Source of the DNA: Methanobacteriota archaeon
GTDB taxonomy: Archaea > Thermoplasmatota > Thermoplasmata > RBG-16-68-12
Assembly: GCA_005878325.1 (NCBI GenBank)
Contig: VBMR01000135.1
Coordinates: 1 to 35,433, forward strand
DNA: 35,433 bases
Direction: 5' to 3'
Part shown: positions 8,370-17,466 of the stretch, piece after piece
Position numbering within the stretch: the stretch's first letter is position 1
How the letters are laid out: every line of letters starts with the position of its first letter
Notes under the pieces: model-generated
What the model was told of the DNA's origin: nothing
Database searches by the model: none
The model's input: the letters and a program-made list of their open reading frames with translations, nothing else
Position numbers and translations under genes: made by a program

Positions 8370-9065
8370 CTAGCCGGACCGCATCCATGCGGTCGCATAC
8401 GGGTCGATCGGGACCTCCAGCAAGACCCGTCGGGGGCCCGACCCAAACCGCAGGAGGAGGGTCCTCTCATCCTTCCGGAGGAGCTCGGGAGAGAGCCCCT
8501 CCTCGGAGAGCCGACGGATGAGGGCCTCCCCGAAGGCGGCGACGCGGGCTCCGTTCGCCTCCCGTTTGCGGACCAACAGGTCCGTCGGATTGACGCGGCG
8601 AAATCGGCCGTCCTCATCCAAGCTCAGGACGCCGAACTCGGACAGTTCGATCGCGATCTTGCTGACGGATTGCCTCGTGAGGTGGACGCGCTCCGAGAGC
8701 TCCTGCAGGGAAATCCCCGGCGAGGCGAACGATGCGGCGAGCACCGCAGCCCGACCCGTGCCGGCCAATGCGGAGAAGAGGGCCGCATCCGCGAGGTCGA
8801 TCAGGCCGACGGGGAACACACGGGCTCGTTCCATCTGCAGGAATCCCTTCTCGACGAGGTCCCAGGCATGCCAGCGGACGGTGGCCTGGGACATCGACAG
8901 GTCCCGGCCGACGTCGCCGACGCGCGCGCACGGCCGAAGGCAGAGATATCGGAACACCTGGCGGCGCCGGGCATTCGCGAGGCTGGGGCCCTGGGTCTCG
9001 AGATCCGCGTCGACCGCCTCCCCGGAAACGGCCTTCTCCAAGGCGCGTCCGATCCCGCGGCCCAC
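8370..9065 (-). CDS. Transcriptional regulator with two winged-helix (ArsR/MarR-like) domains
   Basis: Two wHTH-like segments are visible: RRRQVFRYLCLRPCARVGDVGRDLSMSQATVRWHAWDLVEKGFL and GISLQELSERVHLTRQSVSKIAIELSEFGVLSL. Its start lies 1 nt after the stop of the upstream ATPase gene, which indicates an operon. Confidence 0.65.
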   Translation of the reverse strand: MGRGIGRALEKAVSGEAVDADLETQGPSLANARRRQVFRYLCLRPCARVGDVGRDLSMSQATVRWHAWDLVEKGFLQMERARVFPVGLIDLADAALFSALAGTGRAAVLAASFASPGISLQELSERVHLTRQSVSKIAIELSEFGVLSLDEDGRFRRVNPTDLLVRKREANGARVAAFGEALIRRLSEEGLSPELLRKDERTLLLRFGSGPRRVLLEVPIDPYATAWMRSG

Positions 9066-9066
9066 G

Positions 9067-9930
9067 TCACCCCCCCTGGTACTCCTGGAGGATCAGGTCG
9101 AGGACTTCTTCGGGCTTCAGGCCCCGGAAGTCCGCATCCGTGAGGCCATCGAGCGATTTGTCCAGGTGGTCCCGAATCGTCTTCGGCATCGAGCGGGTGA
9201 GCAAGAGTTGCCTCAGTTGGGACGGCGCCTTCGCGGTCACGGGCCGGCCGCCATCCACGCCCTGGATCACGATGCCGAGCCCGCGGAGGATTTGGAACGG
9301 ATGAGCCGAAGGACTGTGACGACTGTTCCGGCACTTCACGATCTTCAGATGACGTGCGGAATCCGAGTTAGAGCTGAACTGCAAGTGGATGACGCAATCC
9401 GCGAGGTACATCGGGATGACGGTCTCCGGTCCCGCGAGGTCCGCCGATCCGTGGTCCTCGAGCGTGCAGAGGACCGTCCCGACTTTGCGGGTCTGCTTGA
9501 ACATGTATCCGATCAGGTCCCGTTGTTCATACAGGTCTTTCGTCGACCAGAGGACCGGGGTCAGGGGATCGATCACGATCCGCGCATTGCTCCCCTTCCA
9601 GTCCGCGACGAACGCGGGCAGCTCCTTCCGGATGAAGTTCGAGAATTCGCGCCCCGAGGCGTCGATGAAGACGAGCAGCTCGTCGTCGAGGGATTCGAGG
9701 ATGTCGGACCACCCCATCTCGACCGCTTCCCGGATGATTTGCTCCTTGTTCTCGTCGAGGCTGACGAAGATGCCCTCCTGGCCTTCTTGCAGTCCTCGTC
9801 GAATGAACTGCGTGGCGAACGTCGTCTTGCCCGCGCCGGAGCGGCCGATGACGACGGTCGTGCTGTTCTCATTCACCCCGCCGTCGAGCAGGGGGTTGAG
9901 TCCGTAGACTCCGCTGCGAATCTTTCGCAC
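9067..9930 (-). CDS. Single-domain KaiC/RecA-superfamily ATPase
   Basis: SGVYGLNPLLDGGVNENSTTVVIGRSGAGKTTFATQFI carries the Walker A motif, and ARIVIDPL is Walker B-like. The overall layout matches archaeal KaiC-like proteins, with about 60 extra C-terminal residues. Confidence 0.8.
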   Translation of the reverse strand: MRKIRSGVYGLNPLLDGGVNENSTTVVIGRSGAGKTTFATQFIRRGLQEGQEGIFVSLDENKEQIIREAVEMGWSDILESLDDELLVFIDASGREFSNFIRKELPAFVADWKGSNARIVIDPLTPVLWSTKDLYEQRDLIGYMFKQTRKVGTVLCTLEDHGSADLAGPETVIPMYLADCVIHLQFSSNSDSARHLKIVKCRNSRHSPSAHPFQILRGLGIVIQGVDGGRPVTAKAPSQLRQLLLTRSMPKTIRDHLDKSLDGLTDADFRGLKPEEVLDLILQEYQGG

Positions 9931-9993
9931 GCGATTTCATCCTGGAGTGACGGTTAAAACGTGCCGACGTGAGAATCAGATGCGAAACCGAAA

Positions 9994-10353
9994 TCATGGG
10001 AGGGCGGGTTGCACGCGGCGGAAGAACGCGTCGACCATCGACCGATCGAGGCCGTAGCCGAGCACTCCATCGAGACGATCGACGACTTGCCCGTCGCGGA
10101 AGAGCGCGAGGGTCGGCACGACCTCGACCGCGTAATCCTCCCAGAGGGGATTGCTCTCGTCGTCGAGGTACACCGCGGCGAAGCGCCACGGTCGGGAGGA
10201 GGAGACCCGCTCGAAGTCGGCTTTGAATCGGCGACAAAACGGACACCAAGTGGCCCAGAACATGACCACGGTCGGTTCCGTCGACTGGAGGACCGACGTC
10301 TGGAAGGCCTCCGCGTCTCGGACCTCGATCATCGCGGATCGAGTAAAGCCCAT
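9994..10353 (-). CDS. Thioredoxin-fold protein with a WCPFC active site
   Basis: VVMFWATWCPFCRRFKADFERV...VPTLALFRDGQVVDRL is a classic thioredoxin layout. Alternative starts exist at 10374 (GTG), 10353 (ATG) and 10332 (ATG). Confidence 0.8.
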   Translation of the reverse strand: MGFTRSAMIEVRDAEAFQTSVLQSTEPTVVMFWATWCPFCRRFKADFERVSSSRPWRFAAVYLDDESNPLWEDYAVEVVPTLALFRDGQVVDRLDGVLGYGLDRSMVDAFFRRVQPALP

Positions 10354-10446
10354 CCGCGGGCCATAAAGATTCACCCGAGGACTCGGCCCCTTAGCGGCGA
10401 GTAGTTTCGCACACCTCCCCCGGGAACGACGAAGCCCTTGGCCGAT

Positions 10447-10466
10447 ATACCTCTACTTAGAGGTAT
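10447..10466. repeat. 20-bp near-perfect palindrome ATACCTCTAC/TTAGAGGTAT, copy 1
   Basis: Read directly: atacctctacttagaggtat has 9-bp arms around a central ct. It sits immediately 5' of the small ORF and overlaps a gatata TATA-like element. Confidence 0.9.
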
Positions 10467-10469
10467 GAA

Positions 10470-10757
10470 ATGGAAATCGGATGCGGCGCCCGCGTGCGGG
10501 ACTTCGACGGTCGACGGTACTTCTACTTCTGGCACTACGAACGGGACAACGGACGGTCGAAGAGGAAGGAGGACTACGTCGGCCGCGTGGACTCGGAGAA
10601 GGCGAGGTCGGATCTCCTCCGTCGCATGGCGGCCTACCATCGGAGGGCGGAGCAGGAGTTCGCCCGACGGAGGGCGCGGATCGAGGGCCTCGTCCGGCGC
10701 ATACCTCTACTTAGAGGTACATCGGCTGAAGGGCATCCCTCGGTGGCTGCGAGGTGA
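10470..10757 (+). CDS. Small basic hypothetical protein (95 aa), possibly DNA-binding
   Basis: The translation MEIGCGARVRDFDGRRYFYFWHYERDNGRSKRKEDYVGRVDSEKARSDLLRRMAAYHRRAEQEFARRRARIEGL... looks protein-like (aromatic beta-hairpin-like segment plus basic helix), unlike the other two frames. A TATA-like gatata lies ~22 nt upstream of the ATG, which would suit a leaderless transcript. Confidence 0.5.
   Translation: MEIGCGARVRDFDGRRYFYFWHYERDNGRSKRKEDYVGRVDSEKARSDLLRRMAAYHRRAEQEFARRRARIEGLVRRIPLLRGTSAEGHPSVAAR
10701..10720. repeat. Copy 2 of the same palindrome (19/20 identical)
   Basis: atacctctacttagaggtaC lies 254 bp downstream of copy 1, inside the 3' end of the small ORF. Confidence 0.9.
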
Positions 10758-10884
10758 GGACTTCTCGGCCCCGCTGGGCGGGACCAACCGCGGATTGCTT
10801 CGCGGGGCCTGCTGTCTCCAGACGGAAAGGCATATACCCGGTCCTCCGGATGGGGCTGCCGCCCTCGTTCTCGGAAGGGATGGA

Positions 10885-13800
10885 ATGGGTTCGCCCGTCG
10901 CCTCCGAGGAGGTCCGGTCCTACTTCGCGGATCTCCTGTCGCAAGTCGATTCGACGTACGCCGTCGCCCGCGCGGCCCGAGCCCGGGGATTCGATCCGGA
11001 GCTCGACGTCGAAATCCCCCTCACCGACGACCTTGCGTCTCGGGTCGAACGCCTCCTCGAGAACTACGAGGTCGAAGGCGTGGCCCGACGGATCCGGGAG
11101 CTCGCGAAAGACCACGATCGGGAGGAACTCGCGATCCTCGTCGCGAAAGAGATGGCCCAGCGACCCGCGGCGAGCAAGGAGAAGGCGGTCGAACGCGCGG
11201 TCCGTGTCGGTCTCGCAATCCTGACGGAAGGCATCCTGGTCGCACCGCTCGAAGGCCTCGCCGGGGTCAAGATCAAACGAAATCGCGACGGCACCTCGTA
11301 CGTCGATCTGTCCTACGCAGGGCCCATCCGGTCGGCGGGGGGGACCGGCCAGGCGCTCAGCGTCCTGATCGCAGACCTGGTGCGCCGCGAACTCGACATC
11401 GGGAGGTATCAGCCCACCCGGGAAGAGGTCGAGCGGTTCAAGGAGGAAATCCCGCTCTATCGACAAGTGCAGCACCTCCAATACTCGCCGACCGAGGGAG
11501 AGATCTCCCTGATCGTGTCGAACTGCCCCGTCGCCATCAACGGCGAAGGGACGGAAGATGCGGAGATCAGCGGCTTCCGGGACCTCCCGCGGGTCGAGAC
11601 GAACCGCATCCGCGGCGGCGCATGCCTCGTGATCGCGGACGGGATGTGTTTGAAGGCGCCGAAGATCCAGAAACATGTCCGCACCCTCCGGATCGACGGA
11701 TGGGAATTCGTGGATGCGTACCTCGCGGAGAAGAAGGCCGGGCCGGAGGACTCGAAAGAGGATTCGAGCGTGGAGCCGAACGAGGTGTTCATCCAGAACA
11801 TCGTCGCGGGCCGGCCGGTCCTGTGCCACCCGAGCCGCCCCGGCGGTCTCCGCCTCCGGTACGGGCGAACGCGGGCCACGGGCCTTGCCGCGCTGGCCCT
11901 CCATCCGGCGACGATGCACATCTTGGACGACTTCATCGCTGTCGGTACCCAGGTGAAGACGGAGCGTCCGGGAAAGGCGGGGGCCATCACGCCGTGCGAG
12001 TCGATCGACGGCCCCCTCGTCGTGCTCGACACCGGGGATTTCGTGGAGGTCCCCGACGCCGAGACGGCGAAGCGCCTGCGACCTCAAGTCCGGGTGATCG
12101 CAGACCTCGGAGAGATCCTCATCCCCTTCGGCGAATTTCTGGAAAACAACCATGTCCTCATGCCAGGCGCCTTCTCGCTCGAATGGTACAGTGCCCTCCT
12201 TCAAGCGAAACGGGGATCCCTTCCCGAGGCCTGGCAGGAGCCTTCGGCGGCCCAGGCGCTTGAATGGTCCCGGACCTTCCGCGTCCCCCTTCATCCGCGA
12301 TACAACCTGTTCTACCACGATTTTTCGTCCGAGGAACTTCGCGTCCTCCGCGAGCGGATCGTCGCGGAGGGCCGGATCGACAACGGTCGGTTGGTCCTCC
12401 CCGCGACCCCGGAATTTCGGGAATGGCTCGTCCGGCTCGGGGCGCCGTTTTCCATCCGCGGGTCCGATCTCGCCCTCGAGCGTCACACGGAGACGCTCCT
12501 CGCGACCCTGGGCATCGCGCCCCACGAGAGAGCCTTGCAGATCGGGCCCGAGCCACCTCCGGAAACCCCGGATCCCCTCGCGTTCGTGAGCGCCCTCGCC
12601 GGCTTCCCGATCAAGGCCCGCGGGCCCACCCGGATCGGAGCACGCATGGCTCGTCCGGAAAAGGCGGCGCCACGGAAGATGCAGCCCGCACCCCACTCCC
12701 TGTTCCCGATCGGACACGAAGGCGGCGCTCAACGTCTCTTGTTGGACGCGGCCGCCAAGGACACGATCGAAGTCGAGGTGGGTCTGCGGACCTGCACGAC
12801 CTGTGGGAAGCGGTGGTTGCTCCCCAAGTGCTCGTGCGGCGGCCACACCCTCCCGCGGAACGGACCGAGGCGGCAACGGGTCCCGCTGGGCGAGATCTTG
12901 CGGTCGGCGCTCGAGCGCCTTGGCGAGCCGAAGCCCTCCGAGATCAAGGCGGTCCAAGGGATGATCTCGCGGACGAAGACCCCGGAGCCGATTGAGAAGG
13001 GCATCCTCCGGGCGAAGCACGATATCTATGTGTTCAAGGACGGGACGACGCGGTTCGACATGACGAACCTGCCCCTCACGCACTTCACCCCGAAGGAGGC
13101 GGGCATCTCCGTTGGCGTGGCGCGGCGGCTGGGATATGCGAAAGACATCGGCGGGCGTCCCCTGGAGGACGAGGACCAGATCCTCGAGCTCCGTCCCCAG
13201 GACATCCTCGTCGCCCGGTCGTGCGGGGAGTACCTTCTCCGGGTCGCCTCCTTCGTGGATGACCTCCTGGAGCGCCTGTACGGGTTGGCCCGTTTCTATC
13301 GGGCCACCTCCATCGAGGACTTGCTGGGTCACCTGGTCGTCACGCTGGCACCGCACACGAGCGGCGGGGTCCTCGCCCGGATCGTCGGCTTCACCGATTC
13401 GAAGGCCTGTTTCGCCCACCCCCACCTGATCGCCGCGCGCCGTCGGAACTGCGACGGAGACGAGGACTCCGTGATCCTGCTCCTGGACAGCCTCGTGAAT
13501 TTCTCCCGGGCGTTCCTCCCGGACAAACGGGGCGGCCTCATGGATGCGCCCCTGGTGCTGTCGACGCAGATCGACCCGAACGAAATCGACAAGGAGGCGC
13601 ACAACCTCGATGTCTCGGCGACGTATCCCCTCTCCCTGTACGAAGCGGCCGAACGGTTCGCCCACCCGCGGGAAATCGAGCCCCAGATCGACACGGTGGG
13701 CAAGCGGATCGGGAGCGTCCTCCAGTACGAGGGGTTCGCCTATACCCACCCGACGAAGAGCGTGGCGCAGGGGCCCCTCGCCTCCGCGTACGGCGAAGGG

Positions 13801-14199
13801 TCCATGATGGAGAAGATCGACAAGCAGCTCGACCTCGCGCTCCGGATCCGGGCCGTGGACCCGAACGATGTCGTGGCGCGCATCGTCGTCCACCATTTCC
13901 TCCCCGACCTGATCGGGAACCTGAAGGCGTTCTCGAGCCAGCAGGTCCGCTGCACGAAGTGCGGCACGAAGTACCGACGGATCCCGCTCCGCGGGCGATG
14001 CCCGAGCTGCGGGGGCAATCTCACGTTGACCGTCCACGAGAGCTCCGTCAAGAAGTACCTCGAGGTTTCCAAGCGGATCAGCCAACAGTTCGAGGTCTCG
14101 AACTATCTGCGTCAGCGGATCGACCTGATCGAGGACGCGATCGCGTCCCTGTTCACGAACGACAAGACGCAGGATCTCAAGCTCGACGACTTCTTCTAG
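10885..14199 (+). CDS. polC: DNA polymerase II (PolD) large subunit DP2
   Basis: The sequence is DP2-like from MGSPVASEEVRSYFADLLSQVDSTYAVARAARARGFDPELDVEIPL onward. It has the catalytic NCDGDEDSVILLLD motif and zinc fingers CTTCGKRWLLPKCSCGG and CTKCGTKYRRIPLRGRCPSCGG. At about 1104 aa there is no intein. The upstream part of the track ORF (10438-10884) does not look like coding sequence. Confidence 0.93.
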   Translation: MGSPVASEEVRSYFADLLSQVDSTYAVARAARARGFDPELDVEIPLTDDLASRVERLLENYEVEGVARRIRELAKDHDREELAILVAKEMAQRPAASKEKAVERAVRVGLAILTEGILVAPLEGLAGVKIKRNRDGTSYVDLSYAGPIRSAGGTGQALSVLIADLVRRELDIGRYQPTREEVERFKEEIPLYRQVQHLQYSPTEGEISLIVSNCPVAINGEGTEDAEISGFRDLPRVETNRIRGGACLVIADGMCLKAPKIQKHVRTLRIDGWEFVDAYLAEKKAGPEDSKEDSSVEPNEVFIQNIVAGRPVLCHPSRPGGLRLRYGRTRATGLAALALHPATMHILDDFIAVGTQVKTERPGKAGAITPCESIDGPLVVLDTGDFVEVPDAETAKRLRPQVRVIADLGEILIPFGEFLENNHVLMPGAFSLEWYSALLQAKRGSLPEAWQEPSAAQALEWSRTFRVPLHPRYNLFYHDFSSEELRVLRERIVAEGRIDNGRLVLPATPEFREWLVRLGAPFSIRGSDLALERHTETLLATLGIAPHERALQIGPEPPPETPDPLAFVSALAGFPIKARGPTRIGARMARPEKAAPRKMQPAPHSLFPIGHEGGAQRLLLDAAAKDTIEVEVGLRTCTTCGKRWLLPKCSCGGHTLPRNGPRRQRVPLGEILRSALERLGEPKPSEIKAVQGMISRTKTPEPIEKGILRAKHDIYVFKDGTTRFDMTNLPLTHFTPKEAGISVGVARRLGYAKDIGGRPLEDEDQILELRPQDILVARSCGEYLLRVASFVDDLLERLYGLARFYRATSIEDLLGHLVVTLAPHTSGGVLARIVGFTDSKACFAHPHLIAARRRNCDGDEDSVILLLDSLVNFSRAFLPDKRGGLMDAPLVLSTQIDPNEIDKEAHNLDVSATYPLSLYEAAERFAHPREIEPQIDTVGKRIGSVLQYEGFAYTHPTKSVAQGPLASAYGEGSMMEKIDKQLDLALRIRAVDPNDVVARIVVHHFLPDLIGNLKAFSSQQVRCTKCGTKYRRIPLRGRCPSCGGNLTLTVHESSVKKYLEVSKRISQQFEVSNYLRQRIDLIEDAIASLFTNDKTQDLKLDDFF

Positions 14200-14425
14200 G
14201 TGGCCACGAGCTTCGATTGCTCGCTCCGGATCTTCAGGGCCGCCGCAGCCGCGAGCAGGCCGCCGAGGCCAAACGCGCCGACGACGAGGAGGGGAAAGTT
14301 CGCGATCGTCAGGTTCGCGAACCCCGTCGGGACGAGTCCCCGGTTCAGTCCCAATTGCTCCGGGCCGTACAGGAAAACTCCCAGCAGGATAACCCTTTAG
14401 ATACGGCGGGCGGTTTCGCGGGCGA

Positions 14426-16120
14426 ATGACGAGGTCTGCGGCCCTCGGCCTGGCGGCGATCGTCATCGGGTCGATCGCGGTCCGCCTCTCCCCCCTGTGG
14501 TCGTTCTTGTACTGGGGTTCCGACACGGGCGAGTACTTCGCCATCGCGAAGGCCCTCCTTCGGACCCAGCATGTCTCGACGACCTACTACGGCTGGGGCG
14601 TCACGTATCCGTACTTCCCGGGCATGTTCTTCTTGCAGGGGGGCCTCGTGGGTCTCGGCGGCCTCGACCTCCCGACCGTCCTGAACCTCCTGGTGCCGGT
14701 CCTCGGCGCCCTCGCGGTGCTGCCCGTGTTCCTGATCGGGCACAGGGTCTCTGGCGAGGCCTCGGTGGCGCTGTTCGCCGCGGCCGTACTGGCCGGAGCC
14801 ATCCCCCATGTCTACACGACGGCGCATCCTGCGCCCGCGACCCTCGGGGACCTCCTCGCCCTGACCGGTCTGGTGCTCTTCCTCCGCCTTCGCGCGGACA
14901 GTCGGTCGATGGGGCCGCTCCTCCTCGTGACCGCCGCCCTGATCGCGACGCATCATCTCTCCGTCTACTTCTTCCTCCTCGTGGTCTTCGGGACCCTCCT
15001 CATCCGAGGGTTCGTGGCCCCGTGGCGACGGACCGACGGCTCGAGGCGGGAAGTCGCGTTCGCGGGTATCCTCCTCGGAGGCACGGTCGCCTATTGGCTC
15101 GGCTACGCGACCGCGTTCCGGGACTACATCCTGCCGGACGTCTCGATCCGACCCTGGTGGGCCATCCTAGTCCTGTCCGCGATCGGGCTCGTGGTCCTCA
15201 CGGCGCTGGTCCGGGCGCGGACGCACATCCGTTGGAGGTACCGGCCCCGGTATCCCGGACTCCGGTATCGCGGGACCGCCTACGGCGCCGCCGCGGGAAC
15301 GATCCTGGTCATCGGGCTCGTCTCGGTGGTCTCCGGCGTCCCCGGGACGACGTTCCGCGTTCCCGCCGCCGAGTTGCTGTACTTCGTCCCTTTCGTTCTG
15401 CTCATCTCTTTGGCGGCGGTGGGTCGGAAATTCCTCGATTTTCTCACGCTAGGGATCGGGCCAACCGCGTGGATCGTCGCCCTCATCGGCTCCGCGACCG
15501 TGGGGATCGTCGCCGCGCCGCGGGTCCTCATCCCGTATCGACACATGGAGTACCTGGTCGTGCCGTTCGCCATCCTCGCCGGCGTCGGGTGTGTCCGCGT
15601 CATCCGCTTGGCGGGGCTCCGAGGGCGATCGAGCACCGCAGCGGTCGCGGTCGTCGGATTCCTCCTCCTCGCGAACGTCCTGGCAGGCATACCTCCGGCG
15701 ACCGCCTTGGCGGGGTGGCGAGAGGGAACCCTTCCGACCGCCTTGGACGCCGCGTACTGGGCGAGGGACCATGTGCAAGGCCTCGTCGTCACGGACCATC
15801 ACGCCTCGACGACGGTCTTCGGATTCGGAGGGCTGAACGCCACGTGGGACCGGGCACGGACCCCATTCCTCTCGGACGCTGGGGGGGATCCGTATGCGGG
15901 TCTCTCCGGGATTGACTCGCCATCGGGTCGGAAGGATGGGACGTACGTATGGATCGACCGCGATATGGAGGCCGGCGTGCGGCTTGCGCCCTGGGACACG
16001 GCCGTCCCGATGGACCCCGCCGTCATCGCAAAATTCGACGACGCGCCCTTCATCAAGGTCTTCGACAACGGGTACGCGCGACTCTACTGGATCGCCTGGG
16101 GCTGCGGGACCTCCTGCTAG
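14426..16120 (+). CDS. Polytopic GT-C-type membrane glycosyltransferase (PMT/ArnT-like) with a C-terminal soluble domain
   Basis: 564 aa with at least 10 hydrophobic helices. An acidic first loop follows TM1 (YWGSDTGEYF). The C-terminal ~150 aa are soluble. Its position inside a glycosyltransferase cluster supports the call. Confidence 0.55.
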   Translation: MTRSAALGLAAIVIGSIAVRLSPLWSFLYWGSDTGEYFAIAKALLRTQHVSTTYYGWGVTYPYFPGMFFLQGGLVGLGGLDLPTVLNLLVPVLGALAVLPVFLIGHRVSGEASVALFAAAVLAGAIPHVYTTAHPAPATLGDLLALTGLVLFLRLRADSRSMGPLLLVTAALIATHHLSVYFFLLVVFGTLLIRGFVAPWRRTDGSRREVAFAGILLGGTVAYWLGYATAFRDYILPDVSIRPWWAILVLSAIGLVVLTALVRARTHIRWRYRPRYPGLRYRGTAYGAAAGTILVIGLVSVVSGVPGTTFRVPAAELLYFVPFVLLISLAAVGRKFLDFLTLGIGPTAWIVALIGSATVGIVAAPRVLIPYRHMEYLVVPFAILAGVGCVRVIRLAGLRGRSSTAAVAVVGFLLLANVLAGIPPATALAGWREGTLPTALDAAYWARDHVQGLVVTDHHASTTVFGFGGLNATWDRARTPFLSDAGGDPYAGLSGIDSPSGRKDGTYVWIDRDMEAGVRLAPWDTAVPMDPAVIAKFDDAPFIKVFDNGYARLYWIAWGCGTSC

Positions 16121-16160
16121 CCTTGTCAACTGTTGCCGGATCTCCGTTCCGAGCACCTTT

Positions 16161-17315
16161 ATGCCGTCCGCGGGAATCCGAGCGGTCGTGCGGATCCTGC
16201 ATGTGACGAAGAAATTCCCGCCGGTCGTGGGGGGCGACGCGACGGTGGTGTCCGCCCTCGCGCGAGCCCAGTCGCGGAAAGGTCGCGATGTCCACGTGCT
16301 CGCGTACCGGGCGGACGGTCTCGAAGCGACGGATCGCGTCCACCCCGTGGGTCCGGTCCAGACCTCGGAGGGACTGGACCGCGTGGGCCTGCGCCGGCTC
16401 CGGGGTATGTGGGCCATGCGGGCCTGGGCAGAGGAGCACCTCGCCTCACTGGAGCCCGACATCGTCCATGCCCACGCCGTGGACGTCGGGGGGTCCGTCG
16501 CTAGCATCGCCCGCGGCCAGGGAATCCCGGTCGTCCTCACCTGCCACGGCGTATGGTTTCCGCATCGCCCACGATGGTCTCCCCTAGGATGGATGGAGCG
16601 ATCTCTCCTCCGGCGCGGATACGACGCCATCACGACCGTCGATCGGGCCTCCGCGAAGGAGCTCCGCGATCGGGGATGGTCGAACGTGATCGTCGTGCCC
16701 AACGGCGTGGACCTCTCTGAGTTCGCCGGAATCGATCCACCGTCCGACGGGACGATCCGCGTCCTCTTCGCGGGAAGGCACGTGTACCAGAAGGGAATTG
16801 ACGTCCTCCTCGAGGCCACCGCCCGGGTTCGGTCGCAGAGCGCCGATCCTTTCGTCCTGGAGCTCGCCGGCGACGGACCCGAGCGGACCCGCCTGGAACG
16901 GAAGGCGAAGGACCTCGGGCTCGGCGAAGTCGCTCGATTCCTCGGTCCTCTCCCTCGGCCAGATCTAATCCGGGCGTACCGCCGCGCGACCGCCTTCGTG
17001 CTCCCGTCCCGCTTCGAAGGGTTTCCCCTCGTCATCCTGGAGGCGTGGGCGGCCGGCCTGCCGGTCATCGCGACGGCCGTCGGGGGCGTCCTGGATCTGT
17101 GCGACGAGAGCAACGCATGGCTCGTCCCACCGGAGAATCCGGGGGCCTTGGCGGACGCCATGATGTCCCTCGCCCGCGACCCGGCGCGACGCCGGGAGCT
17201 CGGAGCCAAGGGACACGCCGCAATCCGAAGCCGCTACATGTGGGAGGTCATTGCCGACGCGTACGAGGAGGTCTACGCGAGCTGTCGTCGACCGACCCCG
17301 GGTGTGAGCCCATGA
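16161..17315 (+). CDS. GT4-family glycosyltransferase
   Basis: RILHVTKKFPPVVGGDATVV at the N-terminus. The C-terminal GT-B signature is FVLPSRFEGFPLVILEAWAAGLPVIATAVGG...LVPPENPGALADAM. Confidence 0.88.
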   Translation: MPSAGIRAVVRILHVTKKFPPVVGGDATVVSALARAQSRKGRDVHVLAYRADGLEATDRVHPVGPVQTSEGLDRVGLRRLRGMWAMRAWAEEHLASLEPDIVHAHAVDVGGSVASIARGQGIPVVLTCHGVWFPHRPRWSPLGWMERSLLRRGYDAITTVDRASAKELRDRGWSNVIVVPNGVDLSEFAGIDPPSDGTIRVLFAGRHVYQKGIDVLLEATARVRSQSADPFVLELAGDGPERTRLERKAKDLGLGEVARFLGPLPRPDLIRAYRRATAFVLPSRFEGFPLVILEAWAAGLPVIATAVGGVLDLCDESNAWLVPPENPGALADAMMSLARDPARRRELGAKGHAAIRSRYMWEVIADAYEEVYASCRRPTPGVSP

Positions 17316-17442
17316 CGGACTACCTTCACCTCGCACGAGCGTCGTGGTCAGCTACAACGGCGAACGGTTCCTCCGCCCGTGTCTCGAATCCCTCGCCCGA
17401 AACGGGATGTCTCCCGCCGGGAGGATACTCGTATGGACATGA
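17312..17442 (+). pseudogene. Truncated, frameshifted 5' stub of a GT2 glycosyltransferase gene
   Basis: The ATG at 17312 overlaps the GT4 stop codon (ATGA). A neighbouring frame reads PRTSVVVSYNGERFLRPCLESLARNG...RILVWT*, the canonical GT2 N-terminus (SVVIxxYN...L..CL.SL), which stops after ~45 codons where the GC content drops. Confidence 0.6.
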
Positions 17443-17466
17443 AGCCACCACCTCGCGTGTGTTGGC

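Noticed and set aside
10438-10884. N-terminal 149-codon extension of the DP2 ORF
   Set aside because: This stretch (MADIPLLRGMKWKSDAAPACGTSTVDGTSTSGTTNG...) looks non-coding, and DP2 homology begins at the MGSPVASEEV Met at 10885. The region is better explained by the separate small ORF in another frame plus promoter sequence.
14196-14354. Possible 52-aa minus-strand membrane micro-ORF (LGLNRGLVPTGFANLTIANFPLLVVGAFGLGGLLAAAAALKIRSEQSKLVAT) whose stop overlaps the polC stop in a CTAG
   Set aside because: Only a TTG start is available, and an in-frame TAA lies just upstream. There is no visible promoter, and hydrophobic Ala/Gly/Leu runs arise easily in GC-rich sequence. The PGF-CTERM-like appearance is intriguing, but I cannot support it as a gene without conservation data.
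10711-14544. 1277-aa minus-strand ORF, the longest in the track
   Set aside because: It is antisense to the unmistakable DP2 (PolD large subunit) gene. The translation is Arg/Pro/Gly/Asp-rich low-information sequence with no motifs.
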